A stretch of 64,000 nt of DNA from Felis catus (taxonomy: Eukaryota). The stretch's first letter is position 1, and each line of letters opens with the position of its first letter. A model generated the notes under the pieces. That model worked only from the letters and a program-made list of their open reading frames with translations, made no database searches and had not been told where the DNA came from. The DNA lies in contig NC_058368.1 in the NCBI RefSeq assembly GCF_018350175.1, positions 130,698,001-130,762,000 of the forward strand, written 5' to 3'. The translations under genes were made by a program, and so were the position numbers. Shown here one piece after another: positions 39,231 through 53,000 of the stretch.

Positions 39231-40313
39231 GATTACTGCCACCGCACATCTCTGACAATTTTTTTTTTCTTTTCTCTGCTTTTCCTCTCTTTTGCCACTT
39301 CTACTTGCAGGCCTTTATGCCATGAATCTTAACTGTATGTTAATTCTGTGGTCGAAAACAGACATCACAAATTCTTCGAGCGTATTATTTGTGCCAGCAC
39401 TAAACTACAGAATTAGCATATTAGGTAAAGCCTTTTTTCTTCTACAGGCATTATTTCTTTGCCATTAAATGTCTATTTTTGAGACTATCTCTGCTGCCAA
39501 AGATGTGTTTCGATCTATGTAGGATCCAATCTAAAGGTTACCCCTATATAGCCGATAACGCTCTTTATTTTATTTTTCTGAACTTTGGCCATTTAGTGTA
39601 CTGATGTCAATGTATTTATGCGCTCAAAAAGTATTTTCGGGTGTTCACATAGTACTATACCTGGGATTCATGGTGCTCGTTATTTAACATCATACACGTA
39701 CTGAATACCTTATGTGTGCTTCTATTATTTATAATTTAGAGACACTTTATATCAGAACAAATGAAACATAAAATTGTGGCCAACGGCAATTTTTGTTGAT
39801 GAGTAAGAAATTAAGAAAAATTGGTTGGTTTCAAGTTTTTTTCCCTCCTATAAACATTAGTATACCAAAAATAAAGAACCAGAAAGGCACTCACCTATCA
39901 AATATATAAACATATTTTCAATAATTAACATGATTTAGTATTAGTACAAAAAGAGACCAACGGAATGAATAGCTTTATAACACTAGTATAACACAAAATT
40001 TTAACATGCGATAGATATCATAATTCATTTAGAAAAGAGTGATGTATTAAAAATATTACATTTGGGAAACTATTACGCTTTTCTTGGGGGAAGGGTCAAT
40101 TCACACTCTCTGCTTTTCAACATGCCAACATATATACTAGAAGAAATTAAAGAGTAATGCAGCAAACAAAATGTAGAGGAAAATAAAGGAAAAATGACTT
40201 TTGTGTTCGGTTAGTAGAGGATTTTTTGAGATTGGCACACTTGTAGAGAGCTCATAAAACTAAAAAATCCTGACAACACGTACAACTTTAGCCTTGACTA
40301 CTTGGATGCTTAC

Positions 40314-40412
40314 AGAAATTCACTGAAATCTAGCAAGTAATTAAATACAGGTCTTTATGTGGCTAGATCATGTGAATAGAGCAGAAAACTGTGGGCGTGT
40401 AGTAAATGAAGA
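40314..40412 (-). pseudogene. Candidate pseudo-exon (99 nt)
   Basis: ttatttctctttcAG ... TCT|GTAAGC; LHLLHAHSFLLYSHDLAT*RPVFNYLLDFSEF. Confidence 0.55.
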
Positions 40413-41552
40413 CTGAAAGAGAAATAATCTGTGACTACTTAGCAGTTTTATTTTAGCTACTTAGCAGTTTTATTTTAAAGTTCTCAAAAATTAAAAAACA
40501 AAAAAGAAAACAGTTCCACACATGAGAGCTGAGTGTGCCTCAAAGTTACATTACAGAAAATGTGCAAATCATTTTTATGCTGTTGCTGGCAGTCATAGGC
40601 ACTTCAAAGTAGGTTCTTTAATACTTTACCTGTCATTCTTGAGCAACCTATTTTGAGCTAAAAACTAAACTCTGGGCATATAAGGCACTGATTGGAAAAT
40701 ACAGCAATTAGGACAAGTGTACAGGGGAGAGAAAAGAACTGACCCACTTCCAGACAGCAGAATCTTTACTCATAACTTGAATCTACTACATGCAGAGTTT
40801 GGTCAAAAGGCTAGATGCTTTTTCAAGGCTGAAGTCCAAGTTGCTTTACAGAACATAATACAAAGCAACATTTTGATGCAAGATTCACTTGAATACTCAG
40901 TACCCACTTTCTAAAACAGCATTTTCCAAACTGTAGGTCAAGACATATTAGTGGATTAGGAAATCTAAAAATGGTGCCCTTCAAACAGCATTTAAAAAAA
41001 TAGAAGAATAAAGAGAATATAGAGAAGACAGGCTATATTTTAATGTATTACCCATATGAAGAGCATTTACTATTTAAGAAAATTTAACAATCTTTTTTTT
41101 ATGGGTGATCCATTTAGATATAATCTATCTAATTCTATACACACTTGTGCACACCCCTGCATATCTCTGCTACGCCTCCAGCCTGAAATGCATTTCCTGT
41201 TGTGGATCACTCAAAATATTGTGAAATCCGTTGCCAGAGAACACCAGCTATCCTAGACGCATAGATCTTAACTTGACCAAGGAGGGAAGTACTGTGTGCA
41301 TGCGTGGGGTGTGTATATTTGTGTGTGACCATGTGAAAGTGCATAGGGGCAGATATGGGAAAATCAACGTCTACATCATATGGTCAGCTAGGCAGGAGTC
41401 TGGTGAGGACAGACTATATATACTATACTACATTTAGAGGACCTCTTGGTTCTGCTACTTATTTGGAATAAATGTTCTACTTGTATAGATCATCATGTTT
41501 CAACTGTAAAAATGCTTACAGCAAGTTCTAACATTTTAAATATTCTATCACA

Positions 41553-41740
41553 GGGGTGGCCCGAGTGGCTCAGTTGGTTAAGTGTCCGACTTTGGCTCAG
41601 GTCACGATCTAGTGGTTCATGAGTTCAAGCGCAGTGCCGGGCAGTACAGAGCCTGGAGCCTGCTTCAAATTCCCTCCCTGCCCCTCCCCACTCATGTTCT
41701 GTCTGTCTCTCTCTCAAAAATAAATAAACATTAAAAAAAT
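41553..41740 (+). mobile_element. Carnivore SINE (internally deleted)
   Basis: SINE head and aaaaataaataaacatt tail. Confidence 0.9.
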
Positions 41741-42049
41741 TGACAAGAATTCTATCATAGACACAGGATCTGCAATAAGATACTTAATGATCATGCTCCA
41801 TTGCGGCCCTCCTATTGTCACTTCATGGTAGTAGGGCACAGTCCTACAATGTTCTCTCCACTTTTACATCCTTTTATCTAAGCAGGCCAAAATGCACCCT
41901 TACCTCAGTTTTGTAAAGTACTGTGGAGATTAGTTGTTTATCACTTACTGTCATTTGGGCCATATACCTTTCCCCATCATAATAAAACATTGCTATCAAT
42001 AGTTGAACATTTCCTTTCCACAAGATACTGCATTAAAGTTTCAAATCTA

Positions 42050-42186
42050 GGGGAACTTGGGGGGCTTGGTTGGTTAAGCATCTGATTTTAGCTCAGGTCA
42101 TGATCTCATGGTTTGTGACTTTGAACCGTGTGTTGGGCTCTGTGCTGACAGCTGGAGCCTGAAGCCTGCTTTGGATCCTATCTCTG

Positions 42187-42248
<62 letters not shown>

Positions 42249-42265
42249 CCTCCCCAACTCACTCG
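42050..42265 (+). mobile_element. Tailless carnivore SINE with (CT)n expansion
   Basis: Flanking repeats taaagtttcaaatcta (42034-42049) and taaagtttcaaacata (42266-42281). Confidence 0.9.
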
Positions 42266-43558
42266 TAAAGTTTCAAACATATAGTCACTCCTAATTTTTA
42301 TAAAGTCTCCACTGTAGACAATTTATCCTTATTTTATAAATGTAAATTCTAATTTCATTTTCTTTTTATAAGAACTCAAGAGCTGCCTATAAGCACCCAA
42401 ATTTTGAGATGAGATTAAGTGATGAGACTAAAGTCAGCAAACAGATTCGCCAAAACGGGATTCAAACCTCAGTCCCTGGGTCCTGGCCTCCCTGATTTCT
42501 ACTCTCCACATGACATCGTAATCAAAGTTTCTTCTCCTCAATTAGGGCATAAAACTTTTTCTTCCATGTGACAACTCATGCAGGTCAATTCAGGCAGGGA
42601 AAAGCAAGCTGTTTTTCTAAACAAGCAGCCGGTGTGGTACGGACTCCAAGAAGTCAAATAAAGATGAATTAAAAAAAAAAAAGAGGAACTAGTCAGGATT
42701 TGGGGGAGAAAAGTAGGACAAGCATATTGCATAGCTCCAGGACTACGGAATTTATGCATCTGGATTTGTATACCTTAAAATCATCTGAGATGACTCTGAA
42801 GAGGAGATTCTCCCAGAACCACTCATGGGTCTATACTAAGCCCTCTAAAGGAGACAAGAATGGGGTTCCTGGGATTGCTTCACTGATTTGTTCATATCCA
42901 AATGGTATGAACACTAAGTCTAGAAACTAACATTTGTATTATGCTTATGAATTCCTGGACACTGTTCTAAGAAGACATTATGTTTATTTATCTGAATATA
43001 CATAAACTTAAAATTCCTCCCGGCATAGTATCAACTCTATCACCGTTTTATAGATGGGGCTGTTGAGATACATAGAGTTTTTTGCAACTTGGCCAAAGTC
43101 ACACAAATATGCAATGTGGAGACAGACTCTCCTTATCCAAAATCCTGCCACAGCTTGATCACAGTCAGCAATAAGCACATCAACCCTCCATTAAGGTGAG
43201 AGACTGTATATCACTTTGAGCGTGGGGAAGCAGAGGCAGAGGCCCTTGTTCTGTGAAGGAAGTAGAAATAAGATGTTTATCCTCGGCCAAAACTGGCAAG
43301 GCACAGTCCTTTCAACTGGGGAGAAATGGAGGAAATCAGAGGAAGAAACAGTTTTCATTATATACCAAAATATCACACATGGCATGTAAGAATGAATTCG
43401 AGCAAGAAACACTAACACTCTCCCAATCTGCTGAATACCTCACATACGGTCCAAATTCAATAAATCCACATGTTTAACAGTCTTTCAAATTTTAATTTTG
43501 CTCGAACAAAATTCAAGCCTCATAAACTTTGATTGGCTTCATTTGCCAGTGGGCTTAC

Positions 43559-43759
43559 CTACATACACAAGGAGGCCACTGGTCACATCAGAGTAGGTAA
43601 TCAGCTATTACCTTGCAAGCCTCTAACAAGAACAGTGGGGTCGGAGTATAGACAATGAGAGAAGCCCTGTTTAGAACTAACCATTTGCTGGGATAGATGC
43701 AACTTTGCCCAGACAGTGGTAGAGTTGGGAGTTTCCAAATATTTTGTCAAAAGGCCAGG
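43559..43759 (-). pseudogene. Candidate pseudo-exon (201 nt)
   Basis: gttttgtcttcAG ... TAG|GTAAGC; 52 open codons from the acceptor in phase 0 (PGLLTKYLETPNSTTVWAKL...). Confidence 0.4.
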
Positions 43760-44075
43760 CTGAAGACAAAACTGCATGATTACACATTTAAGGTAATGTC
43801 ATGTGGAGGTGTTCAAAGAGTTTATTCTGGGTTTTTTTTCCTATGTCACATAAGTAAAATATGCCACTCTGCAAAATGAACGAACTGCCAGCCACCTGAG
43901 CCACAGAACTACTGACTGGAGTGTTTAGAATTCAAGCTAAATAATTTTTTCAATGCAATGGACTCAAGTGGAAATGTAAATTGCTAAGAAACAAAGGAAA
44001 AATGTTTCATCTCACCCAAAATGAAAAAACACAAATAAGGAGATAAGCCTACTTATCAAGATAATAAAACTTTTA

Positions 44076-44122
44076 TTAAATTTTTTTTATTAAAAAATTT
44101 TTTTAATGTTTATTTATTTTTG

Positions 44123-44153
<31 letters not shown>

Positions 44154-44345
44154 GAGAGAGAGAGCACGCGCGCCAGAGTGCAAGAAGGGGAGGGGCAGAG
44201 AGAGAGGGAGACACAGAATCCGAAGCAGGCTCCAGGCTCCGAGCTGTCAGCACAGAGCCCGACGTGGGGCTTGAAATCATGAACTTCGAGGTCATGACCT
44301 GAGCTGAAGTCAGACACTTAACCGACTGAGCCACCCAGGCGCCCC
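44076..44345 (-). mobile_element. Felid SINE
   Basis: 18-bp TSD aagataataaaactttta at 44058-44075 and 44346-44363. Confidence 0.97.
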
Positions 44346-44769
44346 AAGATAATAAAACTTTTAAAGATATTAGTAAATTATTTAATGATGGAAGTTCATT
44401 AAGCTACATAATTTCATATACTATAGGTTAGACTTTTTATCGGTATCATTTTCATTTCTTTGTAAAAAAAAATGAACAAAAACCAGTGATACTATGTATT
44501 AAATTCCTTCAAGATCTCCATACCCTGTAACAATCCCAAATTTTAGAAGATCACATGCCATTGCACATGAAAGCTAATATATTATGGCCAGAAAATACCA
44601 ATGTAAGTCAGTGTCATGACAATCTATAGAAAATCTAAACAAACAAAAAAATATTCAGCACTTTATTGGTACACATTCTTTATTTTTTTAAGTTACCATC
44701 TCAATTGATGCTCAGAAACTACTGGATAAAACTCAGCATTTATTACAGATGGCTAAAAAAATTCTGAAA

Positions 44770-45680
44770 CCTAAATGGAAAATTTTCCAAGGAAGACATA
44801 CAGATGGCCATGATGCACATGAGAAGATGTTCAGCATCACCACTTATCAGGGAAATGCAAGTCAAAATCACAATACCACCTCACAACTGTCAGAATGGCT
44901 AGTATCAAAAAGACAAAAAATAATATGTTTGTGGAGTTGTCAAGAAAAGAGAACCCTTGGGTACTGCTGATTCCAATGTAAATTGGTGTAAACACCAATT
45001 TAATATGGAAATAGTATGGTGGCTCCTCAAAAAATTAAATAAGAAAATAAAATCCATTATTTTCAAAATATATATGCCCCCCTATGTCCACGGCGGCATT
45101 ATTCACAATAGCTAAGATGTGGAAGCAACCTAAGTGTCCATGGATAGATAAATGGATAAAAAAGATGTGAGATACATACATATGTAAAATACACACACAC
45201 ACACCCACACACACACACACACAAATACTACTAAGCCATGAAAAAGAATAAAATCTTGACATTTGTAACAACATGGGCTGACACAGAGGCTATTATGGTA
45301 AGCAAAATGTCAGAGAAGGACAAATACTGACTGGTTTTAATTATAAACACCTACAAAACACCTAAACAAACGAAACCAAGAAGACTCACAAATACAGAGA
45401 ACAAACTGGTGATTGCCAGAGGGGAAGGGCAAAAGAGGAATGGACAAAGCAGAAAAAGAGGATTAATAAATTCAGATTTCCAGATAGAACATACGTAAAT
45501 CATAGGGATGAAAAGTATAACTTAGAGAATATAATCAATAATATCATAATAACTTTGTATGGTGACAAACGGTAACTTTATTGCGGTGATCAATTCACGG
45601 TGTATATAAAAGTTGAGTGACTATGACTATGTTGTACATCTGAAACTACTATAATATTATGGGTCAACTATACTTTTTAG
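44770..45680 (+). mobile_element. L1 (L1MA-like) ORF2 end and 3' UTR
   Basis: atcagggaaatgcaagtcaaa; ggaagcaacctaagtgtcca; gtcaactatact terminus. Confidence 0.85.
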
Positions 45681-48600
45681 AAAACAGTATATGAATAAGG
45701 GGAAAAAATGCTGGATTTTCCCGGGGCATGGGGAACACCTGGAAATAGAAATACGGTCTTAGAAAAAAAAACGTTTTTTTTTGTGTGCGAAACCAAGAGC
45801 AAAAATCATATTTAATGATGAAACAATAGAGATGTGTGCTAGATACTGCTAATTGTCTCCTTGTTCATTTGCCACTTCCTTTTACTGATAGGACCCACAG
45901 AAGTTTAGTTTGTTACACGGAAGAAGCAAAGAGGCAACTAAACTAGCATCATATATGATTACAGAACTTGAAAATCAACAGAGTAAACCCAAGCACATTA
46001 AATTACCCTAAGAATTATTACTAGGAAAACTTTCAGATTATAATTAAAACTATTATGAGAACTTTTACAAGCATAGAATGCAGCGGTTACTAACAAGACT
46101 TTGTACGAGAATCTATATACTTCTTACAGGTCAATCACTGTAACGGAAAAAAGCAATCAATAGGCAAATAGAATGAAATGACTAGGAAACTATAGCTATC
46201 TAAATGAAGACCCAAGTAAAATTGCATTTAGGGAGACAAAGTTGAATAGATTAAAAGATTGAATAATGTTAATATATCAATTATCACAGATTAAACAGAG
46301 ATTCATCATCATTTAAATCCAAATTCCATCAATTAAAATTTGAATCAATTTTTTAAATAAAAAGTATTCCTAAATTAACATGGAACAATAATTGTGAAAA
46401 ATCTTCTAGAGAATTGTGCTAACAGAAGAAATAAAGTAGGTATTTCTCTAACAAATATTAAATTGCAACAACCCCATGGTACTGAGAAAAGAATAGATTG
46501 GAAAAACAGAAGAATCAAAAAGTAGATAAAAGTAAAGCCTCATAAAATGTGGAATAATTTTATATATATTAAATATGGTATTCCAAAAATGTTTGAAGGA
46601 CACCACTGAGGAGTATGATTATTTCTTAGTGATACCTAAAAGTATACTACATATTAAGGCTAACAACTCTTTATCTGCCCCTCATGTAGAAAACATCCTT
46701 TCCTGATTTATCACTTACATTTTAAATTAAATGAAGTGTTTTTGATGTACAACTTTTAAGGACTGCTTTCTAGTCTAATCTATTGCTCCTTTTCCTGAAT
46801 CCCACTTTTACTTTTTTTTTGAGAGTAACTCATACAGGAACCTTTAATTTTGCTCAGATATATTGAGTCAACTTGTCATTTCCTTCCTTCCTTTCTGTAT
46901 TTCCTTGTTTCTTTGAGAATCTAGTTGCAGAAGCATTTGAAGTTGTTATGCAAAATAATATAATGATATATTGAAACATTCACTTAAAGGAAAGGTGGGA
47001 AAGCAGTATTCATTCTGGAAGGCTAGAACCCAGTTTTTTGTTTTGTTTTGTTTTTGTTATGCTTTTTTGCTTCTTTGTTTTTTAAAGGAAGGTAAGACTC
47101 TTTAAGCTTAATTCTGGCAGTAAACATTGAATGTTCTGCCCTATCTGCTACCTTTCTGGCCTTAAAAAGCGGAATGCATCCCTACTTCTTTATACTTTAT
47201 TACTTTTCTGTACCAAATTTTTCCCCCTAAAAAGTGAATATATCACTTTTTCTTCTGTACCCTGACCCTATACATCTCTGCTAGTTCTTACACCTCAGAA
47301 TGTGAACATACTCATCTATCTCTCATTGTAAAACAAATAAGCCAACAACAGAAACATTTTTTCCATAGTCCAATCATTCTCCCCCTGCAATTGACATCCC
47401 CTTTCCTCGGATCCCCTTTCAAAGCTTATCTTCTTGAGAAAACCACTTAGTTCAGTAATTTTAAATTTGAATTATCAACAGGATCATCCAGGAAAGTTGT
47501 ATGTGTGTTTCAATATTCTTATTTCTATCCTCCAGCCAAATCACTGAATCAGGATTTTTCCATGGGTCTAGAAATCTACAGGCACAATGACACAAGGATC
47601 GCATTAATTTTGCAGACAATAGAGGAATCACTAAGAAACTTGGAAAGTAATAGAAATTTCTTCAAAGTAAGATCTTAGCAGACTGTGTAGGGTTTACCAG
47701 GGCAAAAGAGGGCAGCAAACGCACTTTTAAGAATGGTTCTCCAGCTTCAGCACACATCTGAATCACTGGGAGAGCTTGGGACAACTTGAAAGCTATAAAG
47801 GGTTTGGGCTGTTTTGAGAAATCACAGCAGAGTCAAGATTGTTAGAATGGAAAAGTTGAAGGATAAATACGTCACAAAATAAAAATTTGCATAATGAAAA
47901 AGAGGTCATATCTTACAAAGTAAAATGGGCAGTGTTTAAAAATACAGAATTTGCTTACACTAAGAGCAATGAGGAAATAATAAAAGTTTTAAGCAGTAAG
48001 CTGACGTTTAAAAATATCACTTTACCTACATTGTGATGAAAAGAAGGAAGACAAAGTTATTATTTGAGAAACGTAATTAAGAGGTAAGAAAATCTGAGGT
48101 AGGACAATAAGAAATCAAAGCCTGAGTAGCTTAGAGAGATCTATTAGAGAAAACTCAACAGGATTCAGTAACTGATTTTACTGCCAGTTTGAAATTCAGT
48201 AACTTCCAACACGACAAGCGACTGTAGGTAGCTTCACGGTCAACCAGAATGCTCTCCTAGAAACATCAGGTAATTAAATGTCTATGCCACTCATGCCCAG
48301 GTAATGAATGACAATAGATCAAAATGTAGCCATTCCTGTATTTTTGCTTATTTCTAATATGATTTAATACAGCAAAAAGTTAATTATGTATAGAAGTCTA
48401 TTCTTAGATGATGTCTAAAACAAGGGTGTAAAACATATCATCAGTTAAATCTATGATTCTTGAACATATTTAGATCCTGAGAATCTTTATGAACATCATG
48501 ATTTCTTCCTATATATGTGGGTAAAGTTCCATGTCCAATTTCAAGGAATTCACATCATCCTTGATATGTATCTGTGTAAAATTCCTTCCATGTAACACCA

Positions 48601-48832
48601 GCTCCTTATCAATAATCACTGAACCAAGATTACAGATTTAGAATATCAATAAATATCTAGTGAGTGAGTTTAAAGGACATAAGCAAATAAAAATTGGTAA
48701 AAATTTCAAACTTTTGACCCTGTGATTTGGGGTAATTATACCTGAATTTGGCATACAATGTGGTGAGGACTAATTTATATGTTGGTAACATCTCTTTTTT
48801 GAACTTCAGTTGCTCTAAAAAATGAAACTTAC

Positions 48833-48920
48833 CACCTCTTGTCCCTAATAATGGTACTATAAGAGAAACTCTATCCCTTAGAAGGAATGTAAGATGCTCA
48901 ACTGGGTCATTCACAAAAAG
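48833..48920 (-). pseudogene. Candidate pseudo-exon (88 nt)
   Basis: tagtttcttcAG ... GTG|GTAAGT; open frame LFVNDPVEHLTFLLRDRVSLIVPLLGTRG. Confidence 0.55.
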
Positions 48921-49427
48921 CTGAAGAAACTAATTATCAAGATATTTTGAGAATAGACCAGATGGACCTTGGTTGGATTCATAGGGCAGCATCATTCTCC
49001 TTGAACTACCCTGCCTTCTGCATTATCATTTAACACTTAGTTGTTTGTTGGACACATGCTAGAACAGGAAGCCATAAATATTCAGTACTGCCTCATGTCC
49101 AAATTGAAAAATGCTTTTTCTTCATGGTTCAAGAGTACAAAAGAACACTTCAATAAGGATCATTTTTCTGCCTTTTTAAAATGCCTCCCTAATCTTGTTC
49201 CATTAATTGCTACTACAGCCAAGAGTACTTATTAAATAAGCAATACATTTTCACTCCCTCCTGAAGCTAAAATGGAGTTGCAAAATGTTTTCTAAATAGC
49301 CCTTGGGAAAATCTAATTGACCCAGTCAGAACTATTAGTCATATTATTGGCAAACAGGTTGTTAACCGCCCTCAAAATTGCTAAGCTAGACGCAACTTCC
49401 TTAAGGTTGACATAAAAAAAAGTTTAC

Positions 49428-49492
49428 CATTTCCATCTTTGCAAAAGTTAAATGACTTCACCAAGCTTCTTCCCACTTCCCCCTTAATAGAA
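49428..49492 (-). pseudogene. Candidate pseudo-exon (65 nt)
   Basis: aatttgttttcaAG ... ATG|GTAAAC; phase 1/0 reading LLRGKWEEAW*SHLTFAKMEM links both neighbours. Confidence 0.45.
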
Positions 49493-49652
49493 CTTGAAAA
49501 CAAATTTAACGTTTAACGGGACTGTAAAATTAAATTAAAGTAAAGGAAAAATTGCCTAAATGTGAAGCAAATTTCCCATCAAATCTAATGCCTCTTAACA
49601 CCACCTTCTAGACCATATGCATTGCAGTCTAGAAAAGAAATTGAAAGGTTAC

Positions 49653-49781
49653 ATATACAAGATAACTTCTGGTTCAATGACTTATCAACCAGTATGTCAA
49701 GTCTATTAAAATAATTTTTCAACAAAATAAATCCTGTTTTTCTGCTTTTACTCCTCCTGACAAAACAGGTTGATATGAAAA
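49653..49781 (-). pseudogene. Candidate pseudo-exon (129 nt, phase 1/1, open)
   Basis: cttttttgtacAG ... TAT|GTAACC; FISTCFVRRSKSRKTGFILLKNYFNRLDILVDKSLNQKLSCI. Confidence 0.45.
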
Positions 49782-50019
49782 CTGTACAAAAAAGTATCCA
49801 CTTGGTAAAGTCACTGTTCACAGAGGCAAGTAACACTGAACAGTTCTACAAGTTTTGTGAAAAATCTGGATTCAAGCATAAAAAGGGACAAAAATGGTGG
49901 GAACACTACCCTGGAAAACCAGATCAAAGATCTACTAGTATTATTCAGGTCCCAACCAAGAGAATAGGAAGAACTGAGAGAAGGGGAGAAAAGTTGTTCT
50001 CTAATCGTGGTCTGAAAGT

Positions 50020-53000
50020 ATACATTGCATAATTTCTAGCCCTTTAAATTATTTAAAATGTGTTTTATGGCCTAGAACATGGTCTATCTTGGTGAACATT
50101 CCATATGCACCTGAGAAGAATGAGCAGTCTACTATTTTTAATGAAGTCTTCCATACCTATCATTTATATTCATTGATTGATGGTGTTGTTGAGTTTAACT
50201 ATGTCCCTACTGATACTCTGCTTTCTGGATCTGTCAATTACTTATAAGGTGGTGCAAGCTGAAGTTTCCAAATACAATAATAAATTCATCTATCTCATCT
50301 TGCAGTTCTATCAACTTTTGCCTTATGTATTTTGACTCTGTTGCTAGGTATATTGGTATTAACAACTGTATCTTTTTGGAAAATTGACTCATTTATCAGT
50401 ATGTAATGTCTTTCTTTACTCTTGATAATTTTCTTTGCTCTAAAATTTGCTATGTGTAATTTTTTTTAAGTTTATGTATTTATTTTGAGAGAGAGCACAC
50501 AAGCAGAGAAGGGGAGACAGAGGAGAGAGAATCCCAAGCAGATTCCAGGCTGTCAGTGCAGAGCCTAATGTGGAGCTTGATCTCATGAACACTGAGATCA
50601 TGATCTGTGCCAAAAACAAGAGTCAGATGCCCAAATGACTGAGCCATCCAGGTGCCCCTGCTCTCTATAATATAGCTATTCCAGTTTTCTTTGGATTAGT
50701 GCTAGCAATGGTAAATCTTTCTCCATTCTTTTAGTTTTAATCTATATCTGTCTTTATACTGAAAGTGGGTTTCTTGTGAAAAACAAAGAGTTGGGTCTTA
50801 GTTTTAATCCACTCTGAAAATCTGTCTTATAATTGGCGTTTGAAGTAATGATTGAAATGTCTGGATTCATATCTATCATATTTGTTATTGTATTTTATTT
50901 ATCATGTTGTTCTTTTTTAATCTTTTTTCTTCCACTCTTTTCTGCCTTTTCTGTTTTTTTTTTAACATTTATGTATTTTTCAGAGAGTGCACACTAGAGA
51001 GAGCGTGCACAGGCAGGGGAGGGGCAGAGAGGGAGGGAGTCACAGAATCCGAAGCAGGGTCCAGACTGGGAGCTGTCAGCCCAGAGTCCAACATGGGGCC
51101 CAAACCCACAAAGCATGAGATCATGACACTGAACTTACTGAGCCACCAAGGTGCCCCTGCCTTTTCTGGTTTCCACTGAGCATTTTAAGTGATTACATTT
51201 TCTCTCCTTGACAAAACTGAAAAAATTATTTTTTTCAGTTTTGTTAACTGCTGTCCTAGAATTTGCAATACACATTTACAACTAATCTGAATCCACTTTC
51301 AAAGAACATCATATGACTCCACAGGTAATGCAAGTGACTTAAAATAACAAAGTATTCCAAATCCCTCCCTCCCTTCCTTTGTGTCATTGCAGTCTTTCCT
51401 TCAAATTATAAATAAGCTCTCATAATCAAATACATTATTGTTGTTATTAAACTTTTATCTGTTAGATTAAAAATAAATATTTTTATTTCACCTTCACATT
51501 TTCCTTCTCTTTTAGGAACTTCTCTAAATATTTCTTGCAAGGCAGAAATGGCAACAAATTTACTGGCAACAAATCCCCACATTTCTGTTTGTCCTTACTT
51601 CTTTTTTAGTATTAAAGTATAATTTGCAAGACAAGATTTCATGTTGCTGTTTTTCCCCAACACTAAAAATTTCATTCTATTCTCTTCTTCGTTGTGTGGT
51701 TTACTGAGGAAAAGTGCTACATAATTCTTGTTGTTCTATTGATAATGTGTTTATTCTATCTTATTTCCAGTTTTCTAAAGAATATTTATTTATTTTGAGA
51801 GAGAGAAACTGTACTTGGGGGAGCAAAAGAGATGGGGGAGAGAGAATCCCAAGCAGGTTCCATACTCAGTGTGGAGCCCGATGTGGGGCTCAATCCTGAT
51901 CCCACAAACAGTAAAATCAGGACCTGAGCCAAAATCAAGAATTGGATGTCCGAACAAGGCACCACTCAAGTTTTTAAATTTCTCATTGATCTTCTGCATT
52001 TTGAGTATATGTTTAGGTTTAGTTTGGTGGTTTTGTTTTTGGCATTTATCCTGCTTGGTGTTTTATACACATCTAAATCTTTGGTCTGGTGTCTTTCATT
52101 TCGGGAAATTCTCAATCATTATTTCTTCAAATGTATTTTTTTTTTATTTCTTTTTCCATCTGGTATTCTATTTATACATGTTGAACCTTTTATAGTTGTC
52201 CTACAATTCTTGAACATTCTGGGTTTGTTTTTTCAGTCTCTCTTCTCTTTGCTTTTTTGTTTTGGAAGTTTCAGTGGACATATTCTCAAGATTACATATT
52301 TTTTCCTCAGCCATGTCCTGTCTACGAGGTCATCAAAGTCATTCTTCATTTTTGTTACACTGTTTTTGATCTCCAAAATTTTCAAAATTTATTTCAGACA
52401 ATTCTCTGCTCACATTGGCAGTTAATTCCAATATCTCTGTCATATCTGGGTCTAGTTCACTTTATTTGTCTCTACAAACTATTGTTTGCCTTTTAGTATG
52501 CCTTGTATATTTTGGTTGGAAGTAAAACATTATGTACTCAGTAAAAAGAACTGAAGTAAATAGGTTTTTAGTGGTGTGCTAGTAAGGGGTGTGTGGGAGG
52601 GAAGCATTCTATAGCCCCATGATTAAAACTGAGTCATTGTGTGAGCCTGTGTCCCTGGGCTGTGATGTTTAATTCATAATGCATATGACTAGAATGGGTT
52701 GGAGTTTGTTATTTCTCTTCCCCCAGGTTGGTTAGGCTCTGGTAAATAAATTTCTCTTGAAGGCAGGCCTTGTTTAGAAGGACAGACTATTTCATGTATT
52801 TCAAAACAGTTATTCTTCCCCTCTCCATGCCAGAAGCAGAAGGAAATTTTTTTCTTTTCTTTTCCTTTTTTTTTTTTTTTTTTTTTTTGGTCTTCACTGT
52901 AAAAATCCCCTGACAAGCCTCAGGAAGTGAAACTCACAAATAAGTGGCGGTCCCTGTATGACTGGGCCCCCTTAGAGGTTTTAACTCTCAGTTGTGCACA

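Noticed and set aside
51946..52425. Longest ORF (159 aa), very hydrophobic
   Set aside because: It lies in T-rich antisense L1 sequence and starts in a SINE; Phe/Leu richness is compositional.
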